NCBI GenBank assembly: GCA_964449235.1 | Contig: CAYVAX010000001.1 | Span: forward strand, 20,814 to 84,813 | Direction of reading: 5' to 3' | DNA from: an uncultured Candidatus Saccharibacteria bacterium | GTDB lineage: Bacteria > Patescibacteriota > Minisyncoccia > RBG-13-40-8-A > JAUWHN01 | DNA length: 64,000 nucleotides | In this document: positions 39,006-50,900 of the stretch, one piece after another | Layout: each line of letters starts with the position of its first letter | Position numbering within the stretch: position 1 is the first letter of the stretch | Notes under the pieces: model-generated | What the model was told of the DNA's origin: nothing | The model's input: the letters and a program-made list of their open reading frames with translations, nothing else | The model's database searches: none | Made by a program: the position numbers and the translations under genes

Positions 39006-39722
39006 ATGACTGACCGCCAAAAAAAAATTATTACCCTCTTAATCAAGGAATACGTAAAGCGGCCAAGGCCAGTGAGCTCTAGCTTATTAGCTCAAAAATA
39101 CAAGCTGGGATTAAGTCCGGCAACAATCAGAAATGAAATGAAAATATTGGAAAGGCTAGGATACTTAGCCCAGCCGCATACATCAGCTGGACGTGTGCCT
39201 ACAGAGAAAGCTTATCGTTTGTTTATTAACTCTTTAAGAGAAAAAGAGGGAAAAGAATCTCCAAAGCCCTTAAAGAAAGCTTCGAAAAATTTAAAATTAA
39301 AACAATCTGAAGAAATTCTCAGAGAAACAACTAAAAAGTTAGCGCAAATGTCAGGAGGATTTGCATTTAGCAGCACTGAAGAAGGGGAATTTCTTCACCA
39401 GTTTGGTTTAGCGAATTTACTGAAAGAAGCAGAGTTGGAAGATGAAGATTTTTTTACAGAAATAACTCAAATAATGGAAGAACTTGATAAACACTTTGAT
39501 AAACTGCTTAAAAAAGTAATTGAGAATGAAACCAAGGTGTTTATCGGCAAAGAAAATCCATTAGGAAAAACTAAAAAATTAACTTTAATTATTTCCAGCT
39601 GTAAAACTCCTGAGCATAAACAAGGAATAATCGGGCTATTGGGTCCAATGCGCATGCGTTACGAACAAAATATCCCGTTAATAAATAAATTAAAGGAGAT
39701 ATTAGAAGAACATGAGCAATAA
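39006..39722 (+). CDS. hrcA: Heat-inducible transcription repressor HrcA (short form)
   Basis: SPATIRNEM..LE..GYL.QPHTSAGRVPT; GPMRM.Y; start moved to ATG 39006. Confidence 0.95.
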   Translation: MTDRQKKIITLLIKEYVKRPRPVSSSLLAQKYKLGLSPATIRNEMKILERLGYLAQPHTSAGRVPTEKAYRLFINSLREKEGKESPKPLKKASKNLKLKQSEEILRETTKKLAQMSGGFAFSSTEEGEFLHQFGLANLLKEAELEDEDFFTEITQIMEELDKHFDKLLKKVIENETKVFIGKENPLGKTKKLTLIISSCKTPEHKQGIIGLLGPMRMRYEQNIPLINKLKEILEEHEQ

Positions 39723-40224
39723 AAAAGGGGATGATAAATTAGAATATGAACCGGAAGACGACAAAGATTTTTCAGAGAAAATAAAAAAGCTTAAGAGTAA
39801 GCTCAAATCCTGCCAAAAAGAAAAGGCAGAATATCTTGCTGGCTGGCAGCGGGCAAAAGCGGATTTAATTAATTACAAAAAAGAGCAGGAGAATAAAATC
39901 TCTGAATACTACAAATTTGCAAACGAAGGATTAATTTTAGAAGTTTTACCAGTTTTAGACAGTTTTGAACAAGCATTAAAGCACATTTCTAAACCTGAAA
40001 AAGAAAATATTCAGCAAATATACAAACAATTAAAAAATATTTTAAAAACCAATGGAGTTGAAGAGATTCCAGTAATAGGAAAAAAATTTAACCCTGAATT
40101 TCACGAAGCAGTTGAAGAAGTTAAATCTAATAAAAAATCCGGAGTTATTATTGAGGAAGTTCAGAGGGGATATAAGCTCCATGGAAAAACAATTAGAGCA
40201 AGTAGGGTTAAAGTTAGTAAATAA
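39712..40224 (+). CDS. grpE: Nucleotide exchange factor GrpE
   Basis: QRAKAD..NY, LPVLD, FNPEFHEAV, QRGY.L....IR.S.VKV. Confidence 0.95.
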   Translation: MSNKKGDDKLEYEPEDDKDFSEKIKKLKSKLKSCQKEKAEYLAGWQRAKADLINYKKEQENKISEYYKFANEGLILEVLPVLDSFEQALKHISKPEKENIQQIYKQLKNILKTNGVEEIPVIGKKFNPEFHEAVEEVKSNKKSGVIIEEVQRGYKLHGKTIRASRVKVSK

Positions 40225-40368
40225 TTCTATCCGCTGCCCACAAAGGTTAAAGGAGATAAATCCAGTACAACTTCAGAAAACGGAATGTTAAAAATTTCTC
40301 TTCCTAAAAAAACCGAAACTAAAAAGAAAAAATCTCTGTTAAAATTAAAAATAAAAAGAAATAAATAA
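40225..40368 (+). pseudogene. C-terminal fragment of Hsp20/alpha-crystallin small heat-shock protein
   Basis: Translates as FYPLPTKVKGDKSSTTSENGMLKISLPKKTETKKKK..., matching LP..V..D.....NG.L.I.LPK; N-terminal half missing. Confidence 0.7.
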
Positions 40369-40457
40369 CAATTTTGAGATTAAAAATTTATGATTAGGGA
40401 ATTTGAATAGGTGATTAATTCCCTAAGTCAAAATTTTTGATCTCTAATCTTATTACC

Positions 40458-42395
40458 ATGAGCAAAATACTAGGTATTGATTTAGGAACCACTAACTCTG
40501 CTATGGCAATAGTAGAAGGTGGGGAACCAAAGATAATTGAAAATAAAGAAGGAAACAGGACAACCCCTTCGATAGTTGCAATTTCCAAAGATAAAGAAAG
40601 ATTAGTTGGCCTTTTAGCTAAAAGGCAGGCAGTTACTAATCCTAAAAACACGATTTTTTCTACTAAACGATTAATCGGCCGTAAATTTTCTGATCCCGAA
40701 GTGCAAAGAGATAAAAAGCTGTTACCTTTTGAAATGCAAGGGTCTAAAAACGAAGGAGTAGAAATTAAATTATCTGATAAATGGTACCGACCAGCAGAAA
40801 TATCAGCAATGATTCTACAAAAAATGAAAAACGATGCCGAAGATAGGTTGGGTGAAAAAATAGAAGAAGCAGTAATCACTGTTCCTGCATATTTTAACGA
40901 TTCTCAACGAAAAGCAACTAAGGATGCCGGTAAAATCGCAGGATTAAAGGTTAAACGAATAATCAACGAACCTACTGCAGCTGCCCTAGCTTATGGATTA
41001 AATAAAAAGAAGGATGAACAAATTGTAGTTTTCGATTTTGGGGGAGGAACCTTTGATGTTTCTGTTCTAGAGGTTTCTGAAAATACTGTAGAGGTAAAAG
41101 CTACAGGTGGAGATACCCACCTAGGAGGAGACGATTTTGACCAAAAAATCATTGACTGGCTAGTTGAGGAATTCAAAAAAGATCAAGGAATTGATTTGTC
41201 AAAAGATCAATTAGCCCTGCAAAGATTAAAAGAAGCAGCAGAAAAAGCAAAGCATGAACTATCTTCAACCCTAGAAACCGAGGTTAATATCCCCTTTATT
41301 ACCACTGATTCCAGCGGGCCCAAACATCTTAATATAAAGTTGAGTAGGGCTAAATTAGAAGATCTGGTAGGAGAATACATTGACCGCGCGACCAAGAAAA
41401 CCAAGGAAGTGATTAAAGATTCTGGATTTAAAATCTCTGACATTGATGAGGTGGTTTTGGTTGGCGGACAAACCAGAATGCCAGCAATCCAAGAAGCAGT
41501 TAAAAAACTATTTGGAAAAGAGACTCACAAAAATATTAACCCCGACGAAGTGGTAGCTGTTGGAGCAGCAGTTCAAGCAGGAATTTTCCAGGGAGATGTA
41601 AAAGATGTATTACTGCTTGATGTCACTCCTCTTTCTTTAGGAATTGAAACCTTGGGAGGGGTAATGACCAAATTAATCGAAAAAAACACTACTATTCCTG
41701 CTTCTAAAAGTCAAATTTTTTCAACTGCCGCTGACAATCAACCCTCTGTAGAGGTTCACGTTCTTCAAGGAGAAAGACCAATGGCCGCAGATAATAAAAC
41801 TTTGGGTAAATTCATCTTAGACGGCCTTCCTCCTGCACCCAGAGGAGTTCCACAAATTGAAGTAAGTTTTGATATTGACGCTGATGGTATTTTAAGTGTT
41901 TCTGCTAAAGATAAGGCAACTGGAAAAGAACAGTCGATTAGAATAGAGGCATCTTCAGAATTATCCAAAGAAGACATAGAAAGAATGAAAAAAGAAGCAG
42001 AGGCTCATATAGAAGAAGACAAAAAGAAAAAAGAAAAGATCGAAGTTAAGAATAAAGCTGATACTTTAGTGTACACTACTGAAAAGACGCTTCGAGAACA
42101 CGGTGATAAGGTAGATTCCAAAGCAAAGCAAGAAATTGAACAAAAGATTGAAGCCCTTAAAAAGGTAAAAGACGGAAACAACTTTGAAGAAATTAAAAAA
42201 GCCTCTGACCAATTATCTCAAGCCATCCAAAAAATCGGATCTGATCTTTATAAGGCCCAACAAGAAGCTCAAAAACAAGAAGAGAAGTATAAGGATGTTA
42301 AGGGTGACAAAAAAGATAAAAAAGAGAATGAAGACATAGAAGAGGGCGAAGTAGAAGAAAACGATGATGAAAATAAGGATAAAGATAAAAATTAA
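40458..42395 (+). CDS. dnaK: Chaperone DnaK
   Basis: [33 protein letters not shown]. Confidence 0.98.
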   Translation: MSKILGIDLGTTNSAMAIVEGGEPKIIENKEGNRTTPSIVAISKDKERLVGLLAKRQAVTNPKNTIFSTKRLIGRKFSDPEVQRDKKLLPFEMQGSKNEGVEIKLSDKWYRPAEISAMILQKMKNDAEDRLGEKIEEAVITVPAYFNDSQRKATKDAGKIAGLKVKRIINEPTAAALAYGLNKKKDEQIVVFDFGGGTFDVSVLEVSENTVEVKATGGDTHLGGDDFDQKIIDWLVEEFKKDQGIDLSKDQLALQRLKEAAEKAKHELSSTLETEVNIPFITTDSSGPKHLNIKLSRAKLEDLVGEYIDRATKKTKEVIKDSGFKISDIDEVVLVGGQTRMPAIQEAVKKLFGKETHKNINPDEVVAVGAAVQAGIFQGDVKDVLLLDVTPLSLGIETLGGVMTKLIEKNTTIPASKSQIFSTAADNQPSVEVHVLQGERPMAADNKTLGKFILDGLPPAPRGVPQIEVSFDIDADGILSVSAKDKATGKEQSIRIEASSELSKEDIERMKKEAEAHIEEDKKKKEKIEVKNKADTLVYTTEKTLREHGDKVDSKAKQEIEQKIEALKKVKDGNNFEEIKKASDQLSQAIQKIGSDLYKAQQEAQKQEEKYKDVKGDKKDKKENEDIEEGEVEENDDENKDKDKN

Positions 42396-42403
42396 ATATT
42401 CAC

Positions 42404-42443
42404 ATTAATATCCACTGGCGTTTAAGCGTCAGTGGATATTAAT
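42404..42443 (+). other. Long hairpin after dnaK (stabiliser or terminator)
   Basis: ATTAATATCCACTGGCGT-ttaa-GCGTCAGTGGATATTAAT. Confidence 0.6.
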
Positions 42444-42455
42444 AAATCAAATTCT

Positions 42456-43253
42456 ATGTTTAAATTTTCTAGCGTTCAAAAGCAAATTATTTTAGGGATA
42501 AAGATCGTTGTTTTTGGTTTATTGGTCTGGCTCTTCTTGCACCAAGTATTTTATTCGGAATTAAATTTAAGTTTTTTAATTCTAGCTATACTAAGTTTAA
42601 TATTCTGGACAATAGCTTTTTCTATCGGAATTCTTGTTTTAGATAAAAAATTCCTATATCCGGCATTTATTTTGAGCTTGTTTTCCTTTTTTATTTTTTT
42701 CCAGGGATCGGGCGTGGGACCGTTAGAATTCAGAGAAGCGCTATATTACTTCTTAATCTTGGCTTTGGTTTTTGTTAGTTTTATTCTTTTTCGAACAAGG
42801 GTATTGCATGATAAAAAAACAAGAATAAAATTGCACTTTTGGAAAATTTTGAGAAGAAAGGGGCTTGGCTGGATGTTTACTCTTCTTTGCTTGTTAATAG
42901 CTTTTGTCTATTATTTTTCTCCTGCTCTGGGAGCATTTTCTTCAGAAGCTGGTTTCCAAATTTCTGAAGGTCTTATGAACACAATTTTGAAACCATTAAG
43001 CTCTTTGGGTCCGGAAATAGAAGATTTTGCTCGTGAGTTTATTAATTCCCAAATCAGCAGCAGCCAGGGACCAATAAAAACTTATGTGCCTATTGCCTTA
43101 GCTGTGGGATTGTTTTTATCCTTAAGAATAGCTGTTATCGTCTTGGTTCCAATTGTATTATTGCTAACAGTACTCTCTATTAAGCTATCTGTCAGTTTGG
43201 GATTTGTTAATATTGATATTCAAAAAGTTGATGCTGAAAAATTGGAATTATAA
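42456..43253 (+). CDS. Hypothetical multi-TM membrane protein
   Basis: About six hydrophobic segments; no motif recognised. Confidence 0.7.
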   Translation: MFKFSSVQKQIILGIKIVVFGLLVWLFLHQVFYSELNLSFLILAILSLIFWTIAFSIGILVLDKKFLYPAFILSLFSFFIFFQGSGVGPLEFREALYYFLILALVFVSFILFRTRVLHDKKTRIKLHFWKILRRKGLGWMFTLLCLLIAFVYYFSPALGAFSSEAGFQISEGLMNTILKPLSSLGPEIEDFAREFINSQISSSQGPIKTYVPIALAVGLFLSLRIAVIVLVPIVLLLTVLSIKLSVSLGFVNIDIQKVDAEKLEL

Positions 43254-43287
43254 AAAGCCCATCAACTAAAGACAGGCTTTTAATGTT

Positions 43288-44175
43288 TTATTTTGTTTTT
43301 TCAAAAATGTGATTTGCAAAAAAATCTTTTTGAATTAATTTCCCTTTTATTTCAAAGTCAGTTATACGAAAATATCTTTCCTTTAAACCGCATTCTTTAG
43401 CAATTTTTCTTATAAGTCTGGGGTCTGGCTGTGAAAAATATTTTACATTTCCAGTAGAAGAAATGAGTAGCTTGTTGTACTTTCCTGGAATTTGTTCTTG
43501 AATGTAGCTAAGGGAAAACTTTCCATTGGGCTTTAATAAATCAATTACTGCTTTTAATGAAGAATAAATCATTTGTTTGGGCGTATGAACAAGCAAAGAC
43601 GCACAAGACCAAATGCCATCAAAAATTTCCGAGCAAGAAGAAGATAAGTTGTGCATATCTCTTTGAATAATTGCAGGAAAATATTTAGGATCAATTGTTT
43701 TAGCATATTTAGCAATTATTTTAGCAGTGGCTTTAAGCATTTCTTTAGATCTGTCCAGAGCAATTACTCTTAGCTTTTTTCTAGGAACAGCAAATTTATC
43801 AATAACCCTTTCCCCTTGATAAATTCTTTGCATTAACTGTTTTCGTAGTTTCTGACTCTTAGTGGCCATAAAAAGGGTATCTCGGCCATTCCCACAGCCA
43901 AGATCGCAAATACAGGCATCTCTGTTTAGCTTTTGCATAAAAACAAGCAATTCGTCTACAACTCCTTCAGTTATATGAGGATCGGAATTAAAGTGATTAA
44001 TGGTCCGATCGTAAACTTCAATGGCGTGATGAATTAAATCCGATGCCGACAGTGAATTAATTATTTCTTCAGTATGTTTATCCAGTTGCTTTTGGTTAAT
44101 TTGTCTAAATTCCTCTTTTTTCCGAATACTTAATGCGCTCATCACTACTTTTTCTAGATTAGTTAAATCTTCCAA
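43288..44175 (-). CDS. Class I SAM-dependent methyltransferase
   Basis: [36 protein letters not shown]; TTG start after SD AAGGAGG. Confidence 0.85.
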   Translation of the reverse strand: MEDLTNLEKVVMSALSIRKKEEFRQINQKQLDKHTEEIINSLSASDLIHHAIEVYDRTINHFNSDPHITEGVVDELLVFMQKLNRDACICDLGCGNGRDTLFMATKSQKLRKQLMQRIYQGERVIDKFAVPRKKLRVIALDRSKEMLKATAKIIAKYAKTIDPKYFPAIIQRDMHNLSSSCSEIFDGIWSCASLLVHTPKQMIYSSLKAVIDLLKPNGKFSLSYIQEQIPGKYNKLLISSTGNVKYFSQPDPRLIRKIAKECGLKERYFRITDFEIKGKLIQKDFFANHIFEKTK

Positions 44176-44236
44176 TTTTACCTCCTTGTTTTTAAGGTTC
44201 AATTCTAGAAATTTTATACTAACACAAAACAAAAAT

Positions 44237-45328
44237 ATGTCAAAAGATTATTACACAATATTAGGAGTTTCTAAAAATGCCTCTAATCAGGATATAAAGC
44301 AGGCTTACCGTAAGCTTGCTCATAAATATCATCCGGATAAAAAAGGAGGCGACGAAAAAAAATTCAAACAAATAAATGAAGCTTACCAGGTGCTTTCCAA
44401 TGATCAAAAGCGAGCCCAATATGACCAATTTGGTTCTGCTTTCCCCGGACAAGGAGGACCATCTGGAGCTTGGGGGAATGGAAATTTTGAAGATATTTTT
44501 AGAAACTTTGGAGGTTTTCGTAGTGCTAATTTTGACTTTGATGATATTTTTTCTTTTTTCAGCGGTTCTCCAGGAGGACAAAAAAGAACCAGGGAGTATA
44601 AGTCTAAAGCCAAAGACATTGTAGTAGATTTAGAGATTACCCTGGAAGAAATTTATAACCGTGCGAATAAAGAAATAAAGTTGAGAAAAAATGTAAAATG
44701 TCCAAAATGCAACAGTAGCGGACGGGAGCCAGGAAGCGCAATGAAAAAATGTTCAACCTGCAACGGCAATGGAGAAATTCATCAAACCCAAAAAACCATC
44801 TTCGGTTCTTTCAGCCGAATAACTGTTTGCCCTGATTGCCACGGGGAGGGAGAAATTCCTGAAAAAGCATGCACTAAATGTCGAGGTAGGGGAACAATTA
44901 AAGATGTTCAAGCTATAACTATTAATGTCCCTGCTGGAGTTGACGATGGCCAAATTATTAAATTAGAAAGACAAGGAGAAGCAGGAGGTAAAGGAATAAT
45001 TCCTGGCAATTTATATATCCGCATTCATCTTGAAAAACATAAAGATTTCACCAAAAAAGGAAATGATATTTATTACGAACTCCCAATAAAGTTTACTCAA
45101 GCGGCCCTGGGAGATAAGGTTGAAATACCTACTCTTGAAAAAAAAGTTAAATTAAAAATTCCTTCAGGCGTAGAGTCAGGAAAACTTTTAAGGATAAAAA
45201 ATAAAGGATTGCCTCAAGCAGATGGAAGCAGGGGAGACCAGCTTGTTAAAATCAAAATCAATACCCCTGAAAAACTCTCTAAAAAAGAAAGGGAGCTTTT
45301 GGAAAAACTAAAAAAAGAAGGTCTTTAA
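44237..45328 (+). CDS. dnaJ: Chaperone DnaJ
   Basis: HPD J-domain, G/F region, four CxxCxGxG-type repeats. Confidence 0.97.
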   Translation: MSKDYYTILGVSKNASNQDIKQAYRKLAHKYHPDKKGGDEKKFKQINEAYQVLSNDQKRAQYDQFGSAFPGQGGPSGAWGNGNFEDIFRNFGGFRSANFDFDDIFSFFSGSPGGQKRTREYKSKAKDIVVDLEITLEEIYNRANKEIKLRKNVKCPKCNSSGREPGSAMKKCSTCNGNGEIHQTQKTIFGSFSRITVCPDCHGEGEIPEKACTKCRGRGTIKDVQAITINVPAGVDDGQIIKLERQGEAGGKGIIPGNLYIRIHLEKHKDFTKKGNDIYYELPIKFTQAALGDKVEIPTLEKKVKLKIPSGVESGKLLRIKNKGLPQADGSRGDQLVKIKINTPEKLSKKERELLEKLKKEGL

Positions 45329-45391
45329 AATTTACAATTTTTAAAAATTGCAATATAATACTTAAAGAAAGTGTTTGTAGCTAATTTAAAC

Positions 45392-46450
45392 ATGGATAAT
45401 AACAAGTTTTTAAAAAATACCCACGATCAACTTTATAAGCAGAAAATAAAAAAACCTCTCAAGAAGAGGATTATTTTGATTGTGGGCATAATATTAGCCT
45501 TAATCATTTTTGGAGGATTTTTTTATAAAGCTGGATTTACATTTAGTAAAATTATTGAAATTAAAAATATTACCTGGAATAAAATTTTTGGAGAAGAATT
45601 GCCTCCCAGTGAATATACTCCGCCCAAGGACGAGGATAGAATGAACTTTTTACTGTTAGGAATTCGCGGAATAGGAGACGATAACGGCGGAATGCTTACC
45701 GACAGTATAATGATAGTAAGTTACAAAAAAAGCACTGGGCAAGTCGCTTTAATTTCTATTCCGCGAGATCTTTATTTAAAAATGCCTGGGGAAAAGTTTT
45801 ATGAAAAAATTAACAGCGCTTATGTCTCAGGTGAGAAATTATACGGCAATGGACTGGATTACAGTAAAAAAACAATTGGTTTTATAACTGGTTTATACGT
45901 TGACCACGCAGTAGCAGTGGATTTCCAGGCTTTTGAATCTGTTATTGATACTTTGGGAGGAATAAGCATTCATTTAGATCAACCGTTTATTGAAGACAAG
46001 CAATGGTGGTGTGATGAAAATGGAGAGAATTGTAAAAAATTTGTTATTCCTGCCGGAGATCAGGTTTTGGATGGCGAAACAGCCTTATTGTACGTAAGGT
46101 CAAGATTTTCAAGTAATGATTTTGATCGAGCGCGTCGTCAACAGCAAGTAATGCTTGCAGTTAAAGATAAGTTGCTTTCTTTAGATGCATTGACTAATCC
46201 TAAAATAATCAATAACTTGTTTAATATCGTTGCGGACAATGTTAAAATTGATACTATGCCTTGGAAGTTTCCGAGTTTAATTAATCTCGCTGCAAAAGCT
46301 GATGCTGAAAATATTATTAGAAAAGTTTTTGACACCTCAGAAGACGGCCTTCTCGAAGAAACTCAAAAAGATGGAATTTATGTTCTCATTCCCAAGCAGG
46401 GAAATTTCAGCGAAATCCGAAAAACCTGCCAGCAGATTTTTGAATTATGA
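45392..46450 (+). CDS. LytR-CpsA-Psr (LCP) family protein
   Basis: TDSIM, SIPRDL, KINSAY, RSRF...DF.R.RRQQ. Confidence 0.92.
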   Translation: MDNNKFLKNTHDQLYKQKIKKPLKKRIILIVGIILALIIFGGFFYKAGFTFSKIIEIKNITWNKIFGEELPPSEYTPPKDEDRMNFLLLGIRGIGDDNGGMLTDSIMIVSYKKSTGQVALISIPRDLYLKMPGEKFYEKINSAYVSGEKLYGNGLDYSKKTIGFITGLYVDHAVAVDFQAFESVIDTLGGISIHLDQPFIEDKQWWCDENGENCKKFVIPAGDQVLDGETALLYVRSRFSSNDFDRARRQQQVMLAVKDKLLSLDALTNPKIINNLFNIVADNVKIDTMPWKFPSLINLAAKADAENIIRKVFDTSEDGLLEETQKDGIYVLIPKQGNFSEIRKTCQQIFEL

Positions 46451-47253
46451 GTCTATCAATTATTGTTACCCATCATCATACTCCAGAATTGCTAGATCTT
46501 TGTTTGAAATCAATTCAGAATACTTTAAAAAGTATTGATTACGAAATAGTTGTGGTTGATAGTGAAACTAGTTGTAAAACTAAAGAGTTAATTCGGGAGA
46601 AATATCCTCACGCCCAACTTATTACATTCAAAAACAATATCGGCTACGCTAAAATAGTAAACGCAGGATTGAAAAAAATAAAAGGAAACTTTGTTTTAAT
46701 TTTAAATGCTGATATTATTATTCTTGAAGGTGCTGTTCAAAAAATGTTAAAATATATTCAAGAGCGTCCTAGTGTTGGAATAGTAGCTCCGCAACTAATA
46801 GATTTTACCAACAATATTCAAGATTCTTGTTTTGCCAATCCTAGCCTGAAAGCAATAATTGCTCGCAGAACCTTTTTTAAAAAAACCAAACGGGGAGCAA
46901 AAGCAATTAATAAGTTTATTATCCAGGGCAAGAAAATTAAAACGCCAACAGAAGTAGACTGGGTTCAGGGGTCTGTTATGCTAATTAGCAAACAAGCAAT
47001 CAGAAAAGTGGGTTTTCTAGATGAACGTTTTTTTATGTATTTTGAGGATGCTGATTGGTGTAGAAGGTTTTGGCAAAAAGGATATAAGGTTATTTATTTG
47101 CCCACTGCTCAAATGGTTCACTATTACCATCGCAGCAGTAAAAAATGGGGAGGATTTATAGATATTCTTTTAAATAAATATACTCGAGTTCATGTCATAA
47201 GTGCATTAAAATATTTTTGGAAACATCGAAAATCAAAGAAAAATGAATCCTAA
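46447..47253 (+). CDS. GT2 glycosyltransferase (WbbL-like)
   Basis: LSIIV, VVD, LNAD, DERFFMYFEDADWC. Confidence 0.9.
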   Translation: MSLSIIVTHHHTPELLDLCLKSIQNTLKSIDYEIVVVDSETSCKTKELIREKYPHAQLITFKNNIGYAKIVNAGLKKIKGNFVLILNADIIILEGAVQKMLKYIQERPSVGIVAPQLIDFTNNIQDSCFANPSLKAIIARRTFFKKTKRGAKAINKFIIQGKKIKTPTEVDWVQGSVMLISKQAIRKVGFLDERFFMYFEDADWCRRFWQKGYKVIYLPTAQMVHYYHRSSKKWGGFIDILLNKYTRVHVISALKYFWKHRKSKKNES

Positions 47254-48478
47254 AACAAAAAAATACATTTTAATACCGGCTATAATCATCCTGGTCGCTG
47301 TAATTTTCAGCGGAGGCTTTTATTTGGGAAAGAAGTCAATACCAAAACCGACCCCCTCTGATACTATAATCATCAATCGAGAACTGGGGCAACCAGAGTC
47401 AGTTGATTTTAGTCTTTTCTGGCAGGCTCTAAAAAGATTAGAAGAAAAGTTTGTTGATCGGGAAAAGATTGACTATCAAGAAATTGTTTATGGGGCAATT
47501 TCCGGAATGGCTAATTCTTTAGATGACCCCTATACTGTTTTTATGAAGCCGAAAAAAACAGATGAGTTTACTGAGGCTGTAGAAACCGGAGGAAGTTTTG
47601 AGGGCGTAGGAATGGAAATAGGAATTAAAGGCGGAATTCTTACTGTAATTGCCCCTTTAGAGGGCACACCTGCATATAAAGCAGGAATTAAAGCTAAAGA
47701 TAAAATCCTTAAAATCGACAATGTTTCTACAGAAGATTTGCTTCTAGAAGAAGCAGTGAATTTAATCCGTGGAGAAAGGGGAACCGAGGTTGTTTTAACT
47801 GTTTCTCGAAAAGGTTTTGATGAGCCTAAAGAAATACCTATTGTCAGAGATAGAATTCAAATCCCAATAGCAAAATGGGAGTTGAAATCTGGACAAAACA
47901 AACAATCAAATATTGCATACATTAAAATTTATCATTTTACTGGAAATTTGCCTAAAAAGTTTCAAGAAATTGCTTCTGAAATCTTAAAAGTAAATATTGA
48001 CGGCTTTATTTTGGACTTACGAAATAATCCTGGTGGATATCTTGAAACAGCAGTAGAAATATCTAGTTGGTTTATTCCCAAGGGAGAAGTAGTAGTTATT
48101 GAAGATTGGGGAGAAAATAAAGATCAAGAAAAACACAGAAGTAAGGGTTATAAAAAATTTCAAGATATTCCGATAGTAGTTTTAATCAATGGGGGATCAG
48201 CTTCTGCCTCTGAAATTGTGGCTGGGGCATTAAAAGATATTCGAGGAATAGAGCTGGTAGGAGAAAAAACTTTTGGAAAGGGGTCCATACAGAACCTGGA
48301 AACATTTCGAGACGGCTCTTCCATAAAAATAACTATAGCAAAGTGGCTTACTCCTTCAGGTATATCAATATCCGAAGAAGGTTTAACGCCAGATATAGAA
48401 ATAGAGTTAACTGAAGAAGATTTTAATGCTGATAGAGACCCCCAACTAGATAAAGCAATAGAATTGTTAAGTAATTAA
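47243..48478 (+). CDS. ctpA: S41 C-terminal processing protease
   Basis: PDZ GVGME, DLRNNPGG, SASASEI, TFGKG. Confidence 0.92.
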   Translation: MNPKTKKYILIPAIIILVAVIFSGGFYLGKKSIPKPTPSDTIIINRELGQPESVDFSLFWQALKRLEEKFVDREKIDYQEIVYGAISGMANSLDDPYTVFMKPKKTDEFTEAVETGGSFEGVGMEIGIKGGILTVIAPLEGTPAYKAGIKAKDKILKIDNVSTEDLLLEEAVNLIRGERGTEVVLTVSRKGFDEPKEIPIVRDRIQIPIAKWELKSGQNKQSNIAYIKIYHFTGNLPKKFQEIASEILKVNIDGFILDLRNNPGGYLETAVEISSWFIPKGEVVVIEDWGENKDQEKHRSKGYKKFQDIPIVVLINGGSASASEIVAGALKDIRGIELVGEKTFGKGSIQNLETFRDGSSIKITIAKWLTPSGISISEEGLTPDIEIELTEEDFNADRDPQLDKAIELLSN

Positions 48479-48505
48479 TTACTATGCTATAATAAAACTA
48501 GAATC

Positions 48506-48964
48506 ATGAGAATAATCCTTCTTAAAGATGTAGAAAAATTAGGTAAAAAGGGTGAAGCAAAGGAAGTAGCTGGCGGTTACGCTAGAAATTTTTTAATTCC
48601 CAAGAAATTAGCAAAACCTGCAACTAAAAAAGCCTTGGAAAAATTAGAAAGAGAGAGGCAAGTAGCTGCCCAAAAAGCAGAAAAAGAGCTTAAGCAAATT
48701 CAAGAGCAAGTTTCTAAAATTGACAGGCAGGAAATAGAAATCCCTGTTAAGATCAAAAAAAATGAAGAAATCTATGGATCGATTACTCCTCGTAAAATTA
48801 GTCAGGCTTTAAAGAAAAAAGGATTTAAAGTTAAAAAACATCAAATAAAATTGAAGGAGTCTATTAAAGAATTAGGGGAATATCCAGTTACTGTTAGTTT
48901 TGCTCATGGACTGGAGGCAGAAATAAAAGTAAATATAACTGAAGAACAAAAAGAGAAAAAATGA
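48506..48964 (+). CDS. rplI: 50S ribosomal protein L9
   Basis: ILLKDV..LGKKG...V..GYARNFLIP. Confidence 0.95.
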   Translation: MRIILLKDVEKLGKKGEAKEVAGGYARNFLIPKKLAKPATKKALEKLERERQVAAQKAEKELKQIQEQVSKIDRQEIEIPVKIKKNEEIYGSITPRKISQALKKKGFKVKKHQIKLKESIKELGEYPVTVSFAHGLEAEIKVNITEEQKEKK

Positions 48965-50598
48965 GTAAATATATTTTTGTGGTTGGCGGTGTTATGTCCG
49001 GAATAGGAAAGGGGATTGCCACCTCTTCTATTGGTGCAATCCTTCAGAGCAAAGGATTCAATGTCACTGCTATTAAAATTGATCCTTACATAAACGTTGA
49101 CGCTGGAACAATGAACCCGATTGAGCATGGTGAGGTTTTTGTGACTGATGACGGCGTGGAATGCGATCAAGATATAGGAAATTATGAACGATTTTTAAAC
49201 AAAGAAATTTATTCTGATAATTACATGACCACCGGTAGAGTTTATGAGGCAGTTATTAAACGAGAGCGAAATTTAGAATACGAGGGACGATGTGTAGAGG
49301 TAGTTCCACACATTCCAGATGAAGTTATCAGGAGAATCCAAAAAGTTGCCAAAAATTCCAAGGCAGACTTTGTGCTCATAGAAGTCGGAGGCACAATCGG
49401 AGAGTATCAGAACCTTTTATTTTTAGAAGCAGCCCGCATGATGCACTTAAGACATCCCAAGGATGTCTTATTTGTTTTGGTAAGCTATTTACCAGTCCCT
49501 AAAATAATTGGAGAAATGAAAACTAAGCCCACTCAATATGCTGTACGAACCTTAAACTCAGCTGGGATACAGCCAGACTTTATCATTGCCCGCAGCGAGG
49601 TACCGCTAGATAAACCTAGAAAAAGGAAAATTTCTGTGTTTTGCAATATCAATAAAGAAGATGTTATTTCTGCTCCAGACATTAAGTCGATTTATGAAGT
49701 GCCGATCAATTTTGAAAAAGACGATCTAGGGCAAAGAATTTTAAGCAAGGTTAATTTACGATCTAGAAAACAAGGAAAAGGGTTAAATAAATGGTCTCGT
49801 TTATTGAAAAATATTCACAATCCTCGAGAAAAAGTTAATATTGGAATTATTGGTAAATATTTTGATACTGGTGATTTTACGTTATCTGATTCTTATATCT
49901 CCGTGATCGAAGCTGTGAAACATGCCTGCTGGAAATTTCATAAAGAACCAGAAATCCATTGGCTAAGTTCTGAAAAATACGAAAAAGATAAAAACAATCT
50001 CAAAGAATTAAATAAGATGGATGGGATTATTATCCCCGGCGGTTTCGGAAGCAGGGGAGTAGAGGGTAAGATTAAGGCCATAGAATTTGCTCGAAAGAAA
50101 AAAATTCCTTTTTTGGGATTATGCTACGGAATGCAATTAGCAGTAGTGGAATTTGCTAGAAATATTTGCGGACTTAAAAACGCTAATACTACCGAAATCA
50201 ACAAAAATACCGAGTTCCCAATCATTGACGTCCTGCCGGAGCAGAAAGGAAATATTAGAAAAAAGAATTTCGGAGCTTCAATGAGGTTGGGAGCTTATTC
50301 TTGTCAATTAGCTAAAGGAACTAAAAGTCACAAGGCTTACAGTCAAGATAACACTTCCGAGCGCCATCGCCACCGCTATGAACTAAACAATAAATTTAGA
50401 AAAACTTTAGAAGAAAACGGAATGTCAGTTGCTGGAATTAATCCCGAACGAAATTTAGTGGAAATAATAGAATTAAAAAAGCACCCCTTCTTTGTGGGTA
50501 CTCAATTTCATCCAGAATTAAAATCTCGACCTCTAAATCCTCATCCTTTATTTAAAGAATTTATTAAATCCTGCATCAGTTCTTCAAAACAACATTAA
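48961..50598 (+). CDS. pyrG: CTP synthase
   Basis: [38 protein letters not shown]. Confidence 0.97.
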   Translation: MSKYIFVVGGVMSGIGKGIATSSIGAILQSKGFNVTAIKIDPYINVDAGTMNPIEHGEVFVTDDGVECDQDIGNYERFLNKEIYSDNYMTTGRVYEAVIKRERNLEYEGRCVEVVPHIPDEVIRRIQKVAKNSKADFVLIEVGGTIGEYQNLLFLEAARMMHLRHPKDVLFVLVSYLPVPKIIGEMKTKPTQYAVRTLNSAGIQPDFIIARSEVPLDKPRKRKISVFCNINKEDVISAPDIKSIYEVPINFEKDDLGQRILSKVNLRSRKQGKGLNKWSRLLKNIHNPREKVNIGIIGKYFDTGDFTLSDSYISVIEAVKHACWKFHKEPEIHWLSSEKYEKDKNNLKELNKMDGIIIPGGFGSRGVEGKIKAIEFARKKKIPFLGLCYGMQLAVVEFARNICGLKNANTTEINKNTEFPIIDVLPEQKGNIRKKNFGASMRLGAYSCQLAKGTKSHKAYSQDNTSERHRHRYELNNKFRKTLEENGMSVAGINPERNLVEIIELKKHPFFVGTQFHPELKSRPLNPHPLFKEFIKSCISSSKQH

Positions 50599-50857
50599 CC
50601 ATTTTGGTTTTCCTTGAATTCCCGTCAAATTTCTTCTTGCTCACAGCTTGAAACTGAACAACCCCCTTAGCAGTAGCATACAGGGTATCATCATTTCCCC
50701 GGCGAACATTTTTGCCGGGGATAAATTTTAATCCTCGTTGGCGAATAATAACTCCGCCGGGTTTTACTTTTTGCCCGGCAAATAACTTTACCCCCAGGTA
50801 TTTGGGGCGAGAATCACGACCTAATTTAGTTGAACCAGCGGATTTTGTTTTTGCCAT
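50576..50857 (-). CDS. rpmA: 50S ribosomal protein L27
   Basis: GST.LGRDS..K.LGVK, IIRQRG, G.DDTL. Confidence 0.95.
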   Translation of the reverse strand: MAKTKSAGSTKLGRDSRPKYLGVKLFAGQKVKPGGVIIRQRGLKFIPGKNVRRGNDDTLYATAKGVVQFQAVSKKKFDGNSRKTKMVNVVLKN

Positions 50858-50900
50858 ACGACTTATATTCTATTATAAATTGAAAAATTTATCAAGGGCT

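Noticed and set aside
50576-50598. 23-nt convergent 3' overlap of pyrG and rpmA
   Set aside because: Ordinary compaction; no further signal
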